Shown: positions 1-9,510 of the stretch, piece by piece
Layout of the letters: the number at the start of each line of letters is the position of its first letter
Position numbering within the stretch: the first letter of the stretch is position 1
DNA from: Candidatus Saccharimonas aalborgensis
GTDB taxonomy: Bacteria > Patescibacteriota > Saccharimonadia > Saccharimonadales > Saccharimonadaceae
Assembly (NCBI RefSeq): GCF_000392435.1
Contig: NC_021219.1
Coordinates: forward strand, 270,001 to 302,000
DNA length: 32,000 bases
Direction of reading: 5' to 3'
Program-made: the position numbers and the translations under genes
The notes under the pieces: model-generated
What the model saw: the letters and a program-made list of their open reading frames with translations, nothing else
Told to the model about the DNA's origin: nothing
Database searches by the model: none

Positions 1-225
1 TGTTCCGGTCAGGCGTGGTGCACCCTCGATACGTCCCTCATCAATATCTCTAGGATCAACAACACGCTCATGCGCAGCAGCGGCGCGCAGAGCTAGCTCA
101 GTCAAGACCCCTACAGGAGGGAATTCAGCAGTTCGTGAGTCAGGGGGTTGGTCATGAGAAAATGGAGCCGTCCCGTCTGGAAAGGCTTCGTCTCTTGGTG
201 TATACGGTGTCATTACATCTGTCAT
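1..225 (-). CDS. hypothetical protein, N-terminal part only (runs off left edge)
   Basis: The minus-strand frame is open from ATG 225-223 to position 1 (MTDVMTPYTPRDEAFPDGTAPFSHDQPPDSRTAEFPPVGVLTELALRAAAAHERVV...). Its ATG overlaps the TGA stop of the upstream tatD-like gene as ATGA (222-225). No motif recognised. Confidence 0.45.
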   Translation of the reverse strand, partial: MTDVMTPYTPRDEAFPDGTAPFSHDQPPDSRTAEFPPVGVLTELALRAAAAHERVVDPRDIDEGRIEGAPRLTGT

Positions 226-983
226 GTCATTTTCCCAAACACTCTCTCGGCGTTGTCAGTAGTTGCCTGCTCGACATCCTCGACGCGTACTCCTTTGAGG
301 GCGGCTTGGTGTCTAGCAACCAGACCAACATACGCTGGTAAGTTCATTTTACCACGGAAAGGCTTTGGTGTCAAGAACGGAGCATCTGTCTCAAGGACTA
401 TTTTTTCGAGCGGCACCTCAGTATAGAGACGCTGTTGACTCTCTTCCTTTGTAAACGTACTGATGCCATTTATACCGACAAGCAGTCCCCGTTTTAGCCC
501 TTGCTCAAGGTTGTGCTGCGTATCAGTAAAACTGTGCATAATACCTCTGATGCCGCTAAAGGAATCAAAAATAGGCCAGAAGTCATCGTAGGCATCTCGC
601 ACATGAAAACTGACTGGCAAGTTAAACTCCTGTGCTAAGGCCAATTGATCATGCAGTAGCTGTCGCTGCACGTCACGCGGGCTGTGTTCATAAAAATAAT
701 CAAGGCCGATCTCTCCAATAGCGACAATTTTTTTATGACCCTCTTCAAGAAGCTGGCGAATACCGGCAACGTCCTCATCTTTACCATCGTGAGGATGAAT
801 CCCGACAGCCGCATAACAGCCCTCATGTGTCTCGGCAAACGCGACTGCTTCCCGAGAACTACGCACGGTTGTCCCAATACAAAGCATCACAACACCAGCA
901 TCACGTGATTGCCGATAAACATCCTCTCTATTCTCTGGGTAGAACTCACTGTCGTGAATATGACAATGGGTATCGATCACCAT
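222..983 (-). CDS. tatD: TatD-family metal-dependent hydrolase/DNase
   Basis: 253 aa. It has the N-terminal VIDTHCHIHD metal-binding motif, internal GIHPH and EIGLDY motifs, and a C-terminal LETDAPFLTP motif. These and the length are typical of TatD/YcfH. Confidence 0.9.
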   Translation of the reverse strand: MVIDTHCHIHDSEFYPENREDVYRQSRDAGVVMLCIGTTVRSSREAVAFAETHEGCYAAVGIHPHDGKDEDVAGIRQLLEEGHKKIVAIGEIGLDYFYEHSPRDVQRQLLHDQLALAQEFNLPVSFHVRDAYDDFWPIFDSFSGIRGIMHSFTDTQHNLEQGLKRGLLVGINGISTFTKEESQQRLYTEVPLEKIVLETDAPFLTPKPFRGKMNLPAYVGLVARHQAALKGVRVEDVEQATTDNAERVFGKMT

Positions 984-2479
984 TAGTTTGCCTTTGGTGC
1001 GCGGGGATCGGGGGTATGGAGATATAATTTGGGGAAAAGTGGCGAGGCTTGCTCAGATGGTACGACTCCTGATTCAAACAGATTTCGAATCGCATCAGCG
1101 GTAGCGGGCATGAAGGGCGTGAGCAAGTCGGCAATTTGTAGCAACGTACTCACGGCGTGTGCCAAAACTTCCTCTAGGTGACCAGCAGCCTCCGCATCCT
1201 TCTCGCGCTGCTTTGCAATTTCCCAGGGTTTGACGTGCTCAAGATATTGATTGAGTGAGCGCACCATCACCCATGTTTCATCAAATGCTTTGTTGAACTC
1301 GAGATCTTCGACAGCTTTGCGATAAGGTCCCATGTCGTGCTCAGCCCTCGGCGCATCCCCGATCACGCCTGCCTGGTATCGCGTAATCATCGCCGCAACG
1401 CGCTGAACCAAGTTACCAAGATCATTGCCCAACTCGGTGTTGTAGGCTGTCTCAAACTTTTCCCACGTAAAGTCACCGTCTTCTTGGGTCGGAATATGCC
1501 TCATAAAGTAATAGCGAAACGCATCAGTACCATACTGGGTAATTACTTCTGTCGGACTGACACCGTTCCCCAGTGATTTGCTCATTTTTGTCCCACCAAC
1601 ATTAACAAAACCATGTACCAATAATACTTTTGGCAGTGATAGCTCAAGGCCCATCAGCATTGCCGGCCATATGCCAGCATGAAAACGCAGGATATCCTTG
1701 CCGATAACCTGTAGATCGGCCGGCCAATACTCTTGCCACGCGGGATTATCTGGATAACCAAGCACCGTGATGTAATTTGACAGCGCGTCGAGCCACACAT
1801 ACATTACCTGTGTATCATCTCCGGGAACACTGACACCCCAGCTAAGATTTTTGCGCGGGCGAGATACCGAAACGTCCTGGAGACCATCTTTTATGAGTTC
1901 CAGGAACTCGTTTTTGCGGAACTCTGGTACGATCTTCATGCGCCCGGTTTCGATGACTTCTCGAATCTTGTCGGAGAATGCACCTGTCTTGAAATAGTAG
2001 TTTTCTTCACTAAGACGCTGATAGGGCGCCTGATGATCGGGGCAAGAGCCATTGTTTTCGGTTGCTTCTTTGTCGGTCACAAAGTTCTCACACCCCTGGC
2101 AATACCATCCCTCATACACGCCTTTATAGAGATAGCCCTTTTGCATCAGTTGTTGCCAGATGTACTGAACTGCCCCCTTATGATGACCGTCAGTGGTACG
2201 AATAAAATCAGTGTACTCAACATTAAGCGCCTTCATGAGTGATGCAAAATTGCCATACATGCTATCAACATAGGCTTGCGGCTCCATGTTATTTTCGGCC
2301 GCTTTGGCAGCGATTTTATTGCCGTGTTCATCTGTCCCTACCTGAAAACGAACGTCACGACCGTTCTGGCGCTGATAGCGAGCCCAGGAGTCTGCCAGTG
2401 AATAATCAAGCGCATGCCCAATATGGGGTGTTCCGTTGACATAGGGTATTGCTGTACAGACGTAGAGTTTTTTTGCCAT
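983..2479 (-). CDS. metG: methionine--tRNA ligase
   Basis: 498 aa. It has the HIGH-class motif (YVNGTPHIGHALDY), the KMSKS motif (GTKMSKSLGNG) and a Cys-rich knuckle (CQGCENF...CPDH). The overall layout is class I MetRS. Confidence 0.95.
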   Translation of the reverse strand: MAKKLYVCTAIPYVNGTPHIGHALDYSLADSWARYQRQNGRDVRFQVGTDEHGNKIAAKAAENNMEPQAYVDSMYGNFASLMKALNVEYTDFIRTTDGHHKGAVQYIWQQLMQKGYLYKGVYEGWYCQGCENFVTDKEATENNGSCPDHQAPYQRLSEENYYFKTGAFSDKIREVIETGRMKIVPEFRKNEFLELIKDGLQDVSVSRPRKNLSWGVSVPGDDTQVMYVWLDALSNYITVLGYPDNPAWQEYWPADLQVIGKDILRFHAGIWPAMLMGLELSLPKVLLVHGFVNVGGTKMSKSLGNGVSPTEVITQYGTDAFRYYFMRHIPTQEDGDFTWEKFETAYNTELGNDLGNLVQRVAAMITRYQAGVIGDAPRAEHDMGPYRKAVEDLEFNKAFDETWVMVRSLNQYLEHVKPWEIAKQREKDAEAAGHLEEVLAHAVSTLLQIADLLTPFMPATADAIRNLFESGVVPSEQASPLFPKLYLHTPDPRAPKAN

Positions 2480-2556
2480 TGCCTTTCATTATACCAGAGG
2501 TGCGTTGTTACTTTCTTTTTTTGGGTGTGGTGCTCGAGGCAATTGACGTTTATACT

Positions 2557-3087
2557 ATGGATATGGCAAAAACCAAAAGCGGTTTTACGATTATTGAGCT
2601 GGTCATCGTCATTGTGATCATCGGTATTCTTGCTACTATCACCCTCGTTGCTTACAACGGTACTCAGGGGCGTGGCCGTGACGCAAAACGACGCACCGAT
2701 ATCAACAATATGGTCAAAGCACTCGAACTTTACTATGCAGATAACGGCACGTATCCTGTTCCTTCTGGCTCACCATCGCCGCTCGGATCTTCGTGGTACG
2801 CGTCAAGCGATAGTACTTGGAATACGTTTAAAACAACATTGACGACCATAGACAACTTGCCGAGTGACCCACGAAACGCTGGCTCACCACTCGCTGCCGG
2901 AGGATATGCATACGCATATTATTCGGGAAGTAACTGCGGCCATACCGCTGGTCAATGGTACCTGATCGTCTACCGCTATGAGGTGCAGACGAAAGAAAAA
3001 TACAGTGGTGAGGGCACGTGTCCCTCGGGCGAATTAGGTGATACCTACTACGCAGGTGGCGCAAGCTACTACCGAGTGTTGCGTTAG
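2557..3087 (+). CDS. type IV pilin-like protein (prepilin-type N-terminal cleavage/methylation domain)
   Basis: I moved the start to ATG 2557 (MDMAKTKSGFTIIELVIVIVIIGILATITLVAYNG). This gives a short basic leader, a G|FTxxE cleavage/methylation motif and a hydrophobic helix. The 5' part of the track ORF (2449-) overlaps metG and looks non-coding. Confidence 0.8.
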   Translation: MDMAKTKSGFTIIELVIVIVIIGILATITLVAYNGTQGRGRDAKRRTDINNMVKALELYYADNGTYPVPSGSPSPLGSSWYASSDSTWNTFKTTLTTIDNLPSDPRNAGSPLAAGGYAYAYYSGSNCGHTAGQWYLIVYRYEVQTKEKYSGEGTCPSGELGDTYYAGGASYYRVLR

Positions 3088-3809
3088 TGAAGCACCGCAA
3101 CAACCGCAAAGCGACCTGATGTATCGCCGCTGCTGTGCGAAAAATAGTTTCGATCAGTAGCCGTATTGACGGGTGATTCATAGATGTGACTTTCCTGAAC
3201 ACCCGCCTCAATTGCTCGCGCCCGGTTATATCCTTGCAAATCAAGATAGATGCCATCGGCCGTTTCATTAACAAACGGCCGCCATTCTGGGGCATCCTTG
3301 TACACAAAGTAGTCTAGCCAATAGTCGGAACGCTTGACGCTTGGTGCCATCCAGATTAATAGATTACGAACATCGCTTCCCTGTTTCTCAAAATAGCGAA
3401 TTGTTTTTTGTAGTGTATTTGCGATCGAGGCATGACGACCAATATGAGCCACTGCTAGCGCACCCATCTGCGGATCGTAGATGACAGTGCCAATACAATC
3501 AGCTATCGGCAGAAATAGCCCCACTCCTTTTGACTGTGTGTAGAGGACGTCCGCGGATACACCCAGCGTATTCGGTGCATCAACCTGGCAAATAGTGTCA
3601 TACGTATTCTCATCATCATAGCTAATTATCTGATAGACACACTGCCGATAGTCGATATTGACTTCTTTGCAGAACATCTGACGGTTTGTGACAATATCAT
3701 TGGCGTGGCGATTGCCCTGTGTACGATCAAGCATTGTGCCATCCTGGCGCGATGAAACCGCTGCACAAACTTTCTCGGGAAAACAAGTTGGTTGATCCTG
3801 CGCGATCAT
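3084..3809 (-). CDS. pgeF: YfiH/PgeF-family (DUF152, laccase-domain) protein
   Basis: I moved the start to ATG 3809 (MIAQDQ...), giving 241 aa; it overlaps the upstream stop as ATGA. LPIADCIGTVIYDPQMGALAVAHIGRHAS matches the family pattern xADCxP...AAHAGWRG (Cys/His metal site). Confidence 0.7.
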   Translation of the reverse strand: MIAQDQPTCFPEKVCAAVSSRQDGTMLDRTQGNRHANDIVTNRQMFCKEVNIDYRQCVYQIISYDDENTYDTICQVDAPNTLGVSADVLYTQSKGVGLFLPIADCIGTVIYDPQMGALAVAHIGRHASIANTLQKTIRYFEKQGSDVRNLLIWMAPSVKRSDYWLDYFVYKDAPEWRPFVNETADGIYLDLQGYNRARAIEAGVQESHIYESPVNTATDRNYFSHSSGDTSGRFAVVAVLH

Positions 3810-4186
3810 TTCTTTTTTACAACTCCTCTTTTTGATAGAAAATCGTAACTGTATGGCCATATGATGTAGATGACATAGAAATAATACACGGCGAGCATAA
3901 AGATATATAACAGCTGCCACCACCACTTGTTTTGTACCCAATATTCTGAAGGGAAAGAAAATGAGAGGAGTAGGACGGTAATAGCCATAGCAATGATCAA
4001 CCCATATGCCCAACCTAAAACCAAGATGTTGAACCACATCACAGCCTTCCGATCGTCGAACTCATATCTGGTATGAAGATGGGCGCGGTACTTTTTGAAC
4101 CAGATATTGCGATTCATACTCATAAATGACCCGAAGAACTCATTTGAATTCGCAAGCAATTCCTTGTAGTTCATTGTCTGTGTCAT
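3806..4186 (-). CDS. small integral membrane protein, unknown function
   Basis: 126 aa with two clear hydrophobic helices (WAYGLIIAMAITVLLLSF; WWWQLLYIFMLAVYYFYVIYIIW). It overlaps rsmA upstream and pgeF downstream by 4 nt each (ATGA at the pgeF junction). Confidence 0.55.
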   Translation of the reverse strand: MTQTMNYKELLANSNEFFGSFMSMNRNIWFKKYRAHLHTRYEFDDRKAVMWFNILVLGWAYGLIIAMAITVLLLSFSFPSEYWVQNKWWWQLLYIFMLAVYYFYVIYIIWPYSYDFLSKRGVVKKK

Positions 4187-4950
4187 ACGCTATTCTTTGT
4201 TAGGCGAAGCCATTCTTCTATACTCAAATCTTGCGCGCGATTATTCGCATCAATCCCCGTCCGCTCCAAGAGCTTCTCGGCCTCAGGCGTAGAAATCGCA
4301 AGACCTGCGGCTATCGAATTACGAAGTTTTTTACGTTTTTCTCGAAACCCAGCTTTTACGATACGAAAGAATCTCTTTTGATCCTCTGCCTCAACGCGCG
4401 GCTGCTTCAGTGTCTCGAGGATCACAACCTGAGAATCAACTTTCGGTTCAGGGAAAAACAGTTCTCTTCTCACCACCTTACCAAGAGAAACATCGGCAAA
4501 CACCTGCGTTGCAACCGCAAGCACGCTCATATCGCCAGGTTTTGCCGCCAAACGGCACGCTACTTCTTTTTGAACCAACAATACCGCGAGCGAGGGTCTA
4601 TTAGGAGCGGTCATCAACTTTTCAACAATGCTGCTCGTAATATAGTAAGGGACATTTGCGACCACTTTGTAGCCTTTCGGAAGCTGGTTCAGATCAAATT
4701 GTAGGATGTCTTGGTGGATAACGGTGAGGTTTTTGCCAGGAAACTGCCCTGGCAGTTTGCGGGCTAGCTCGCTATCATATTCAACCGCAATCACCGCTTT
4801 TGCCCGCTTCAACAGTTCACTCGTTAATGTACCGAGACCAGGCCCAATCTCAAGAATGGTATCCTGCTCTGTTATGGCCGCTTCTTCAGCAATCAAGGAG
4901 AGTACCTGACGATCCTGGAGCCAGTGTTGTCCAAGAGATTTGTTAGGCAT
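4183..4950 (-). CDS. rsmA: 16S rRNA (adenine1518/1519-N6)-dimethyltransferase
   Basis: I moved the start to ATG 4950 (MPNKSLGQHWL...), giving 255 aa. It has the SLGQHWL motif, the SAM-binding ILEIGPGLGTLT motif and the NVPYYITS motif typical of KsgA/RsmA. Confidence 0.9.
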   Translation of the reverse strand: MPNKSLGQHWLQDRQVLSLIAEEAAITEQDTILEIGPGLGTLTSELLKRAKAVIAVEYDSELARKLPGQFPGKNLTVIHQDILQFDLNQLPKGYKVVANVPYYITSSIVEKLMTAPNRPSLAVLLVQKEVACRLAAKPGDMSVLAVATQVFADVSLGKVVRRELFFPEPKVDSQVVILETLKQPRVEAEDQKRFFRIVKAGFREKRKKLRNSIAAGLAISTPEAEKLLERTGIDANNRAQDLSIEEWLRLTKNSV

Positions 4951-6236
4951 TAGTGACTCGCGAGAATATTGTAAGCAAATTGAATCCGACGATCTTCGAC
5001 ACAAATGCCACAGCGCTCGTATTGATTTTGGAACGTGATGGTTGCGCCCTCGACCGTGGTCTGAGCGCGAATGGCATTCAGCACCTTCGCGTATGGTTCA
5101 CTCAATTCGTACCAGAGGTAGTCAAGTTGTGACTGAATTGTCATATAGCTATCGGGAAACATTGATCGAAGCCGAGACTGCCGTGAGCCAGTCCATTGAG
5201 CCAAGCCATCTCCGCTGGTCTGAAATCCGTGCTCCTGCATGAGATTGCCCATGATACCTGCGGTTTGCTCTCGAGTTAATCCCTTGCCCACCAGAAACTC
5301 CCACGTGATCTGTTCATTCTCACTTGGCGTAGTATACATTCCTTTGACGCCAATCACTTCGACTTGTTGAATAGGTTGCTTAGTGATAGTACTATTTATC
5401 TCTTTTCGAGCGACTTCGACTCCATTTTTTGTGCTAATTTCGTAGCTCACCGTACGCCGTCCAGGTTCGCCCTTTGTTTGGACTTCTTTGTATCCCCGTT
5501 CGTGATTGGCATCTCTGATTTGTTTGGTATCAAATGCAACATCCTCGTCAACCGTCACCGTCTGGGTGCCATCACGCCAAACTTTCACTGTCATACCGGT
5601 GGAGAGTGGCGTGTTTAAGCTAGGCGAGACACCATCTTTTTCGGTCAAAGTAATGCGCTTTTCGGTCAGCATAGCGGCGACCGTTGACGCCTGTGAATAG
5701 GCTGTTTCGGTTTTTCCATAAAACACAAAGGTGAAGGCTTTGGCACGCGTAATAGTCATCACTTCGGCAGTCCCATCAGTCATAACATTCTTCGATGCCG
5801 CCAACGAAACAGTATCTTCATCATGCAGTTGAATCGCTGCCTCTTTCGCTATCTGACGGGCAGTACGATACGCCGACACGACGCGTGTCTCCGTAGAACC
5901 GTCTCTAATAATAACCGGGCGAGCTCGATAGATATTTGCTTCGTACGAATTTGCAACAAGCTGTTCATCAAGCCGCGGCTCGGTTCGATCGCGTTGATCA
6001 ACGCTGATACCAGCCTCTTTGAGAGCGTCTCGCAACGTTGTTGCTTTGGTGTAAAAGCCTTTTGTCTTGCCATCGTCATGAACCGTTATCACCCTTTCGC
6101 CAGAACCTGACAGCGAAGATGCAGCGTGAGCAGTTTTGAGCGCCAAAATAAGTCCAACAAAAATCGTCAACAGAGAGGCAATTGCCAAGAGAAGGATACG
6201 ATGAGAGCGTGGTGTAGTAGTCAAAATTTGCTTCAT
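4950..6236 (-). CDS. secreted/anchored cell-wall hydrolase with RpfB-like architecture (DUF348 repeats + G5 domain + C-terminal lysozyme-like domain)
   Basis: 428 aa with an N-terminal signal/anchor (ILLLAIASLLTIFVGLILALKTAHA). DUF348-like segments are present (VITVHDDGKTKGFYTKATTLRDALKEAGI...). A G5-like segment follows (VTVDEDVAFDTKQIRDANHERGYKEVQTKGEPGRRTVSYEISTKNGVEV...VIGVKG). The C-terminus (TREQTAGIMGNLMQEHGFQ...GLAQWTGSR...QLDYLWYEL) resembles phage-tail-type lysozyme domains, by my recollection of the pattern. Confidence 0.7.
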   Translation of the reverse strand: MKQILTTTPRSHRILLLAIASLLTIFVGLILALKTAHAASSLSGSGERVITVHDDGKTKGFYTKATTLRDALKEAGISVDQRDRTEPRLDEQLVANSYEANIYRARPVIIRDGSTETRVVSAYRTARQIAKEAAIQLHDEDTVSLAASKNVMTDGTAEVMTITRAKAFTFVFYGKTETAYSQASTVAAMLTEKRITLTEKDGVSPSLNTPLSTGMTVKVWRDGTQTVTVDEDVAFDTKQIRDANHERGYKEVQTKGEPGRRTVSYEISTKNGVEVARKEINSTITKQPIQQVEVIGVKGMYTTPSENEQITWEFLVGKGLTREQTAGIMGNLMQEHGFQTSGDGLAQWTGSRQSRLRSMFPDSYMTIQSQLDYLWYELSEPYAKVLNAIRAQTTVEGATITFQNQYERCGICVEDRRIQFAYNILASH

Positions 6237-6305
6237 AAATCCCGAACTCGCCTCACGAGCGCGTACCTCTCATTGTATCAAATCATTACCGCAAAGACTA
6301 GGCCG

Positions 6306-8408
6306 TTAGCATTTTTCGAGGCGCGCGTACTCGACATTTAGTTTTTTTGTCTGGCCGCTATCGAACGAAACGGTCACTGCGAGCCCATCAATATCAATGA
6401 TTTCCCCCTGACCAAACTGTGGCGATCGCACTCTATCCCCAATATCAAGCGAAAAAGAAAACTCGTCGAATTCGTTCGTCATTGATCGTTGATAGGGAGA
6501 TACACTGGCGGCCACATATCCCATATCCTCTAAAAAACGTGATGGAGTGGTGTAGGATCGTTGTCCAAACTGAAGACGGCTTCCGGCATAGAGCAGATAG
6601 AGCTCCTCTCGGGCACGTGTCATGCCGACATAACATAACCGACGCTCTTCCTCGAGCTGACGCGGCCCCTCCTCGAGTGCTCGCATACTGGGAAACAGCC
6701 CTTCCTCCATGCCCACTATAAAAACAACGGGAAACTCGAGTCCTTTTGCAGCATGAAGTGTCATGAGCGTCACGACAGACTCGGTGCTACCTACATCGGC
6801 ACTCGACATCAGCGCGACTTCCTCTAAAAAGTCGTCGAGCGATGCATACGATTTCGCATCAGATATCAATACACCCAGGTTTGCCTCTCGCTCCTCGGCT
6901 TGTGGTGATCCATCAAGTAGCATGTCTCGATAACCAGTCGCAGACAACAGCTCCTCTATCAGCTCGCTAGGACCAACACCTAACTCACTTTTTACCTGCA
7001 CGCGCCGCAATAATTCTCCCAGTCCGCTCAGCGCCTGTCGCGCTCTGGAGGTCAGGGTTGCTGTCTGCTCAGCATTGACAAGTGCTGAGAGAATGTCCAT
7101 GCCCGACTGGCTCTGCCATACAAGAAACTTTTCCAGACTAGTTGCACCAATTCCTCTTGTGGGCACATTGACAATGCGGCTAAAGCTCATACGATCGTTT
7201 GGTTGGTAAAGTAGACGCAGATATGCCACGATATCTTTTATTTCTTTACGGTCATAAAACCTCACGCCACCAACCAGTTGATAGGGTATCCGCTGCTGCA
7301 CGAGCGCACGTTCGAGGGCATAACTTTGTGCGTTAGTACGATAGAGTACAGCAAAATCACCGAACGATCTCGCACCAATTGCAGTCTGTGCGGCAATCCG
7401 CGTTGCTACCACGCCCGCCTCTTCTGTTTCATCATAAACACCCTGCACCTGGACAGGAGCGCCTGCACCAGCGGTGGTCCACAGCTTCTTCTCTGTACGT
7501 TCAATGTTCTTTGAAATCACGTTATGCGCTGCTTCGAGAATAGCGCCAGTCGATCGGTAATTCTGTTCGAGCTTGATAACTGCGGCGCCTGGAAAATCTC
7601 TCTCAAATCCCAATATATTTTTGAAATCAGCACCGCGCCAACTATAGATTGACTGCCAATCATCACCAACAACACAGATATTCTTTTCTGGCCCGATAAG
7701 TGCCTTCATGATTGCGTACTGTGCTGCATTTGTATCTTGATATTCATCGATGAGAATATGACGAAATTGTGCTTGGTAGTGGTTGCGAGTCTTGGGCGAA
7801 TCACGAAATAGTCGTACTGTTTCGAGTAGCAGATCATCGAAATCCACCGCACCCGCCTCCTTGCGTCGCTGTTCGTAGCGTGCGTACAACTTGGCGACCG
7901 ATTTCTGGAAAGGGAACTGTGCAACATCGGCGTATTCTTCTGGACCCACCATTTCATTTTTTGCACTTGATATCGCCGCACTAACGGCTCGTGGCTTTAC
8001 CATATCGGCGCTGAGCGACAGTTCTTTCATCGCCTGTTTGATAAGACCCTGACGATCATCGTCGTCGTAGATCACAAAGTTACTTGCGATACCAATCTCG
8101 CTGCCATGCTGCCGCAAAATCCTTACGCAAACTGCATGAAATGTGCCCATCCAGGGCATAAAAGAGCGTGTTATCTGCTGGTCTAACAGCTTTGCCAGGC
8201 GTTCTCGCATCTCTTTGGCAGCCTTATTAGTGAATGTGACGGCGAGTATCTGATTTGGCCAGATACTCTCATGGGCAAGAAGATAGGCGATACGATGCGT
8301 GAGCGTCTTTGTCTTGCCGCTTCCCGCTCCTGCAAGAAGCAATAGCGGACCGCTCGTGGTTGTCACAGCAGTTTTTTGCGCATCATTAAGTCCGTCGAGG
8401 ATATCCAT
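6306..8408 (-). CDS. pcrA: ATP-dependent DNA helicase PcrA/UvrD (SF1)
   Basis: I moved the start to ATG 8408 (MDILDGLNDAQKTAV...), giving 700 aa. It has Walker A (AGAGSGKTKTLTHR), motif II (IDEYQDTN), TFTNKAAKEM, the NYRS and TLHAAKGLEFPVVF helicase motifs, and a PcrA-type C-terminal Tudor-like tail. Confidence 0.92.
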   Translation of the reverse strand: MDILDGLNDAQKTAVTTTSGPLLLLAGAGSGKTKTLTHRIAYLLAHESIWPNQILAVTFTNKAAKEMRERLAKLLDQQITRSFMPWMGTFHAVCVRILRQHGSEIGIASNFVIYDDDDRQGLIKQAMKELSLSADMVKPRAVSAAISSAKNEMVGPEEYADVAQFPFQKSVAKLYARYEQRRKEAGAVDFDDLLLETVRLFRDSPKTRNHYQAQFRHILIDEYQDTNAAQYAIMKALIGPEKNICVVGDDWQSIYSWRGADFKNILGFERDFPGAAVIKLEQNYRSTGAILEAAHNVISKNIERTEKKLWTTAGAGAPVQVQGVYDETEEAGVVATRIAAQTAIGARSFGDFAVLYRTNAQSYALERALVQQRIPYQLVGGVRFYDRKEIKDIVAYLRLLYQPNDRMSFSRIVNVPTRGIGATSLEKFLVWQSQSGMDILSALVNAEQTATLTSRARQALSGLGELLRRVQVKSELGVGPSELIEELLSATGYRDMLLDGSPQAEEREANLGVLISDAKSYASLDDFLEEVALMSSADVGSTESVVTLMTLHAAKGLEFPVVFIVGMEEGLFPSMRALEEGPRQLEEERRLCYVGMTRAREELYLLYAGSRLQFGQRSYTTPSRFLEDMGYVAASVSPYQRSMTNEFDEFSFSLDIGDRVRSPQFGQGEIIDIDGLAVTVSFDSGQTKKLNVEYARLEKC

Positions 8409-8430
8409 TTCCTCTATTATACGGACTTCG

Positions 8431-9510
8431 TTAGCGGGGAGCAAAATAAAAGTATGCAGCGGCAGCGGCAGCACCAATCAGAATGAGACTCAGCATCCAT
8501 ATCACAATTCCGAGTATAGACCGTTTCTTGGGCGTATGGTCGAGCGGCTGATGGTAAGTGTCGGTATCATAAATAGCACCAGTACTTGTCGCCGAGGTAC
8601 TGGGTTTTTCGGCGTATTGTTGCGCGATAGATCCCGTCTGCGTAGTATCGCTCGCCGCAGGAGTATCCATGACTGGCTCCGATGATGGAGAGATATCTCG
8701 CTCGATCTCGCTTTCAATTTCACTATGGGTACCACCAGTTGATTCAATCGCAAGCACTTCGGTACCCAGTTCGGCAGGCAATATAACCGGAGGAGCGCTA
8801 TCACCTTCAACCTCAGTGGAAACGGTAGAGATATCCTGTGAGCCAAGAGGTCGCTTCTCGACCTTCGCATCCGGCAAAAATGGTGAACTAAGCGGTTCAT
8901 CATCCACTGGCATATCTTGATGCTGGTCACTTGTATCGACAACAGGATCATTCTGCGTCGTGCTCTCCGCTTCCTCTATAGACGAGTCGGAGGTATGGTC
9001 GGTGGCTTCATCCTTACCTGTAAACTCCATCGGATCAGGATACCCCACTTCATCAGTACTATCAGTAGGAGTTTCTAGGAGGCTGTTGCCCGACTCAATA
9101 ACCGGTGGTTGCTCGTCATTTGGCTCCGCCTCGCTCGTTGTACCATTCTCGGTAGGAGCGGGAGAGGCCACCATATCTTCATGAGGCTGTGTGGGAGAAG
9201 GCTGAATGGTAATACCTTCCCTCTTTACGCCAGGAGTAGCGGCTTTCTTCATGTCCGAGGAAGGATGGATCATATCCATAAACTGTCCCCTTCGCTTGAT
9301 AGCAGGTGGGACGGTGCTAGCGCTAGCTGTAACACCCTGAACACTCTCCTCGGCTATCTGGGTAGACGGCGACGAAGTAGCTGGTGAGCTATCAAGCTTG
9401 ACAATTTTTTCCTCAGGATCATCAAGCCCGGAAGGGCGCTTGGTCGTATCAACATCCTGCATCAGATCATTGACAGCACGGTCGAGTTCATCAAAATCTA
9501 GCTCGGTCAT
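8431..9510 (-). CDS. acidic, low-complexity protein with single C-terminal transmembrane anchor
   Basis: 359 aa, rich in D/E/S/T/P, ending in ILGIVIWMLSLILIGAAAAAAYFYF. Its ATG overlaps the tpiA stop as ATGA (9507-9510). No catalytic motif recognised. Confidence 0.6.
   Translation of the reverse strand: MTELDFDELDRAVNDLMQDVDTTKRPSGLDDPEEKIVKLDSSPATSSPSTQIAEESVQGVTASASTVPPAIKRRGQFMDMIHPSSDMKKAATPGVKREGITIQPSPTQPHEDMVASPAPTENGTTSEAEPNDEQPPVIESGNSLLETPTDSTDEVGYPDPMEFTGKDEATDHTSDSSIEEAESTTQNDPVVDTSDQHQDMPVDDEPLSSPFLPDAKVEKRPLGSQDISTVSTEVEGDSAPPVILPAELGTEVLAIESTGGTHSEIESEIERDISPSSEPVMDTPAASDTTQTGSIAQQYAEKPSTSATSTGAIYDTDTYHQPLDHTPKKRSILGIVIWMLSLILIGAAAAAAYFYFAPR

Noticed and set aside
3810-4037. 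N-terminal extensions of several track ORFs (3084-4037, 11603-13192, 4183-5004, 6306-8477, 14074-14871, 22259-23059, 29857-30876, 2449-3087, 23036-23482, 26490-27863).
   Set aside because: The extensions overlap the neighbouring gene or lack a ribosome-binding site. Internal ATGs with Shine-Dalgarno sequences or ATGA coupling give proteins that begin at the conserved N-termini of the respective families.
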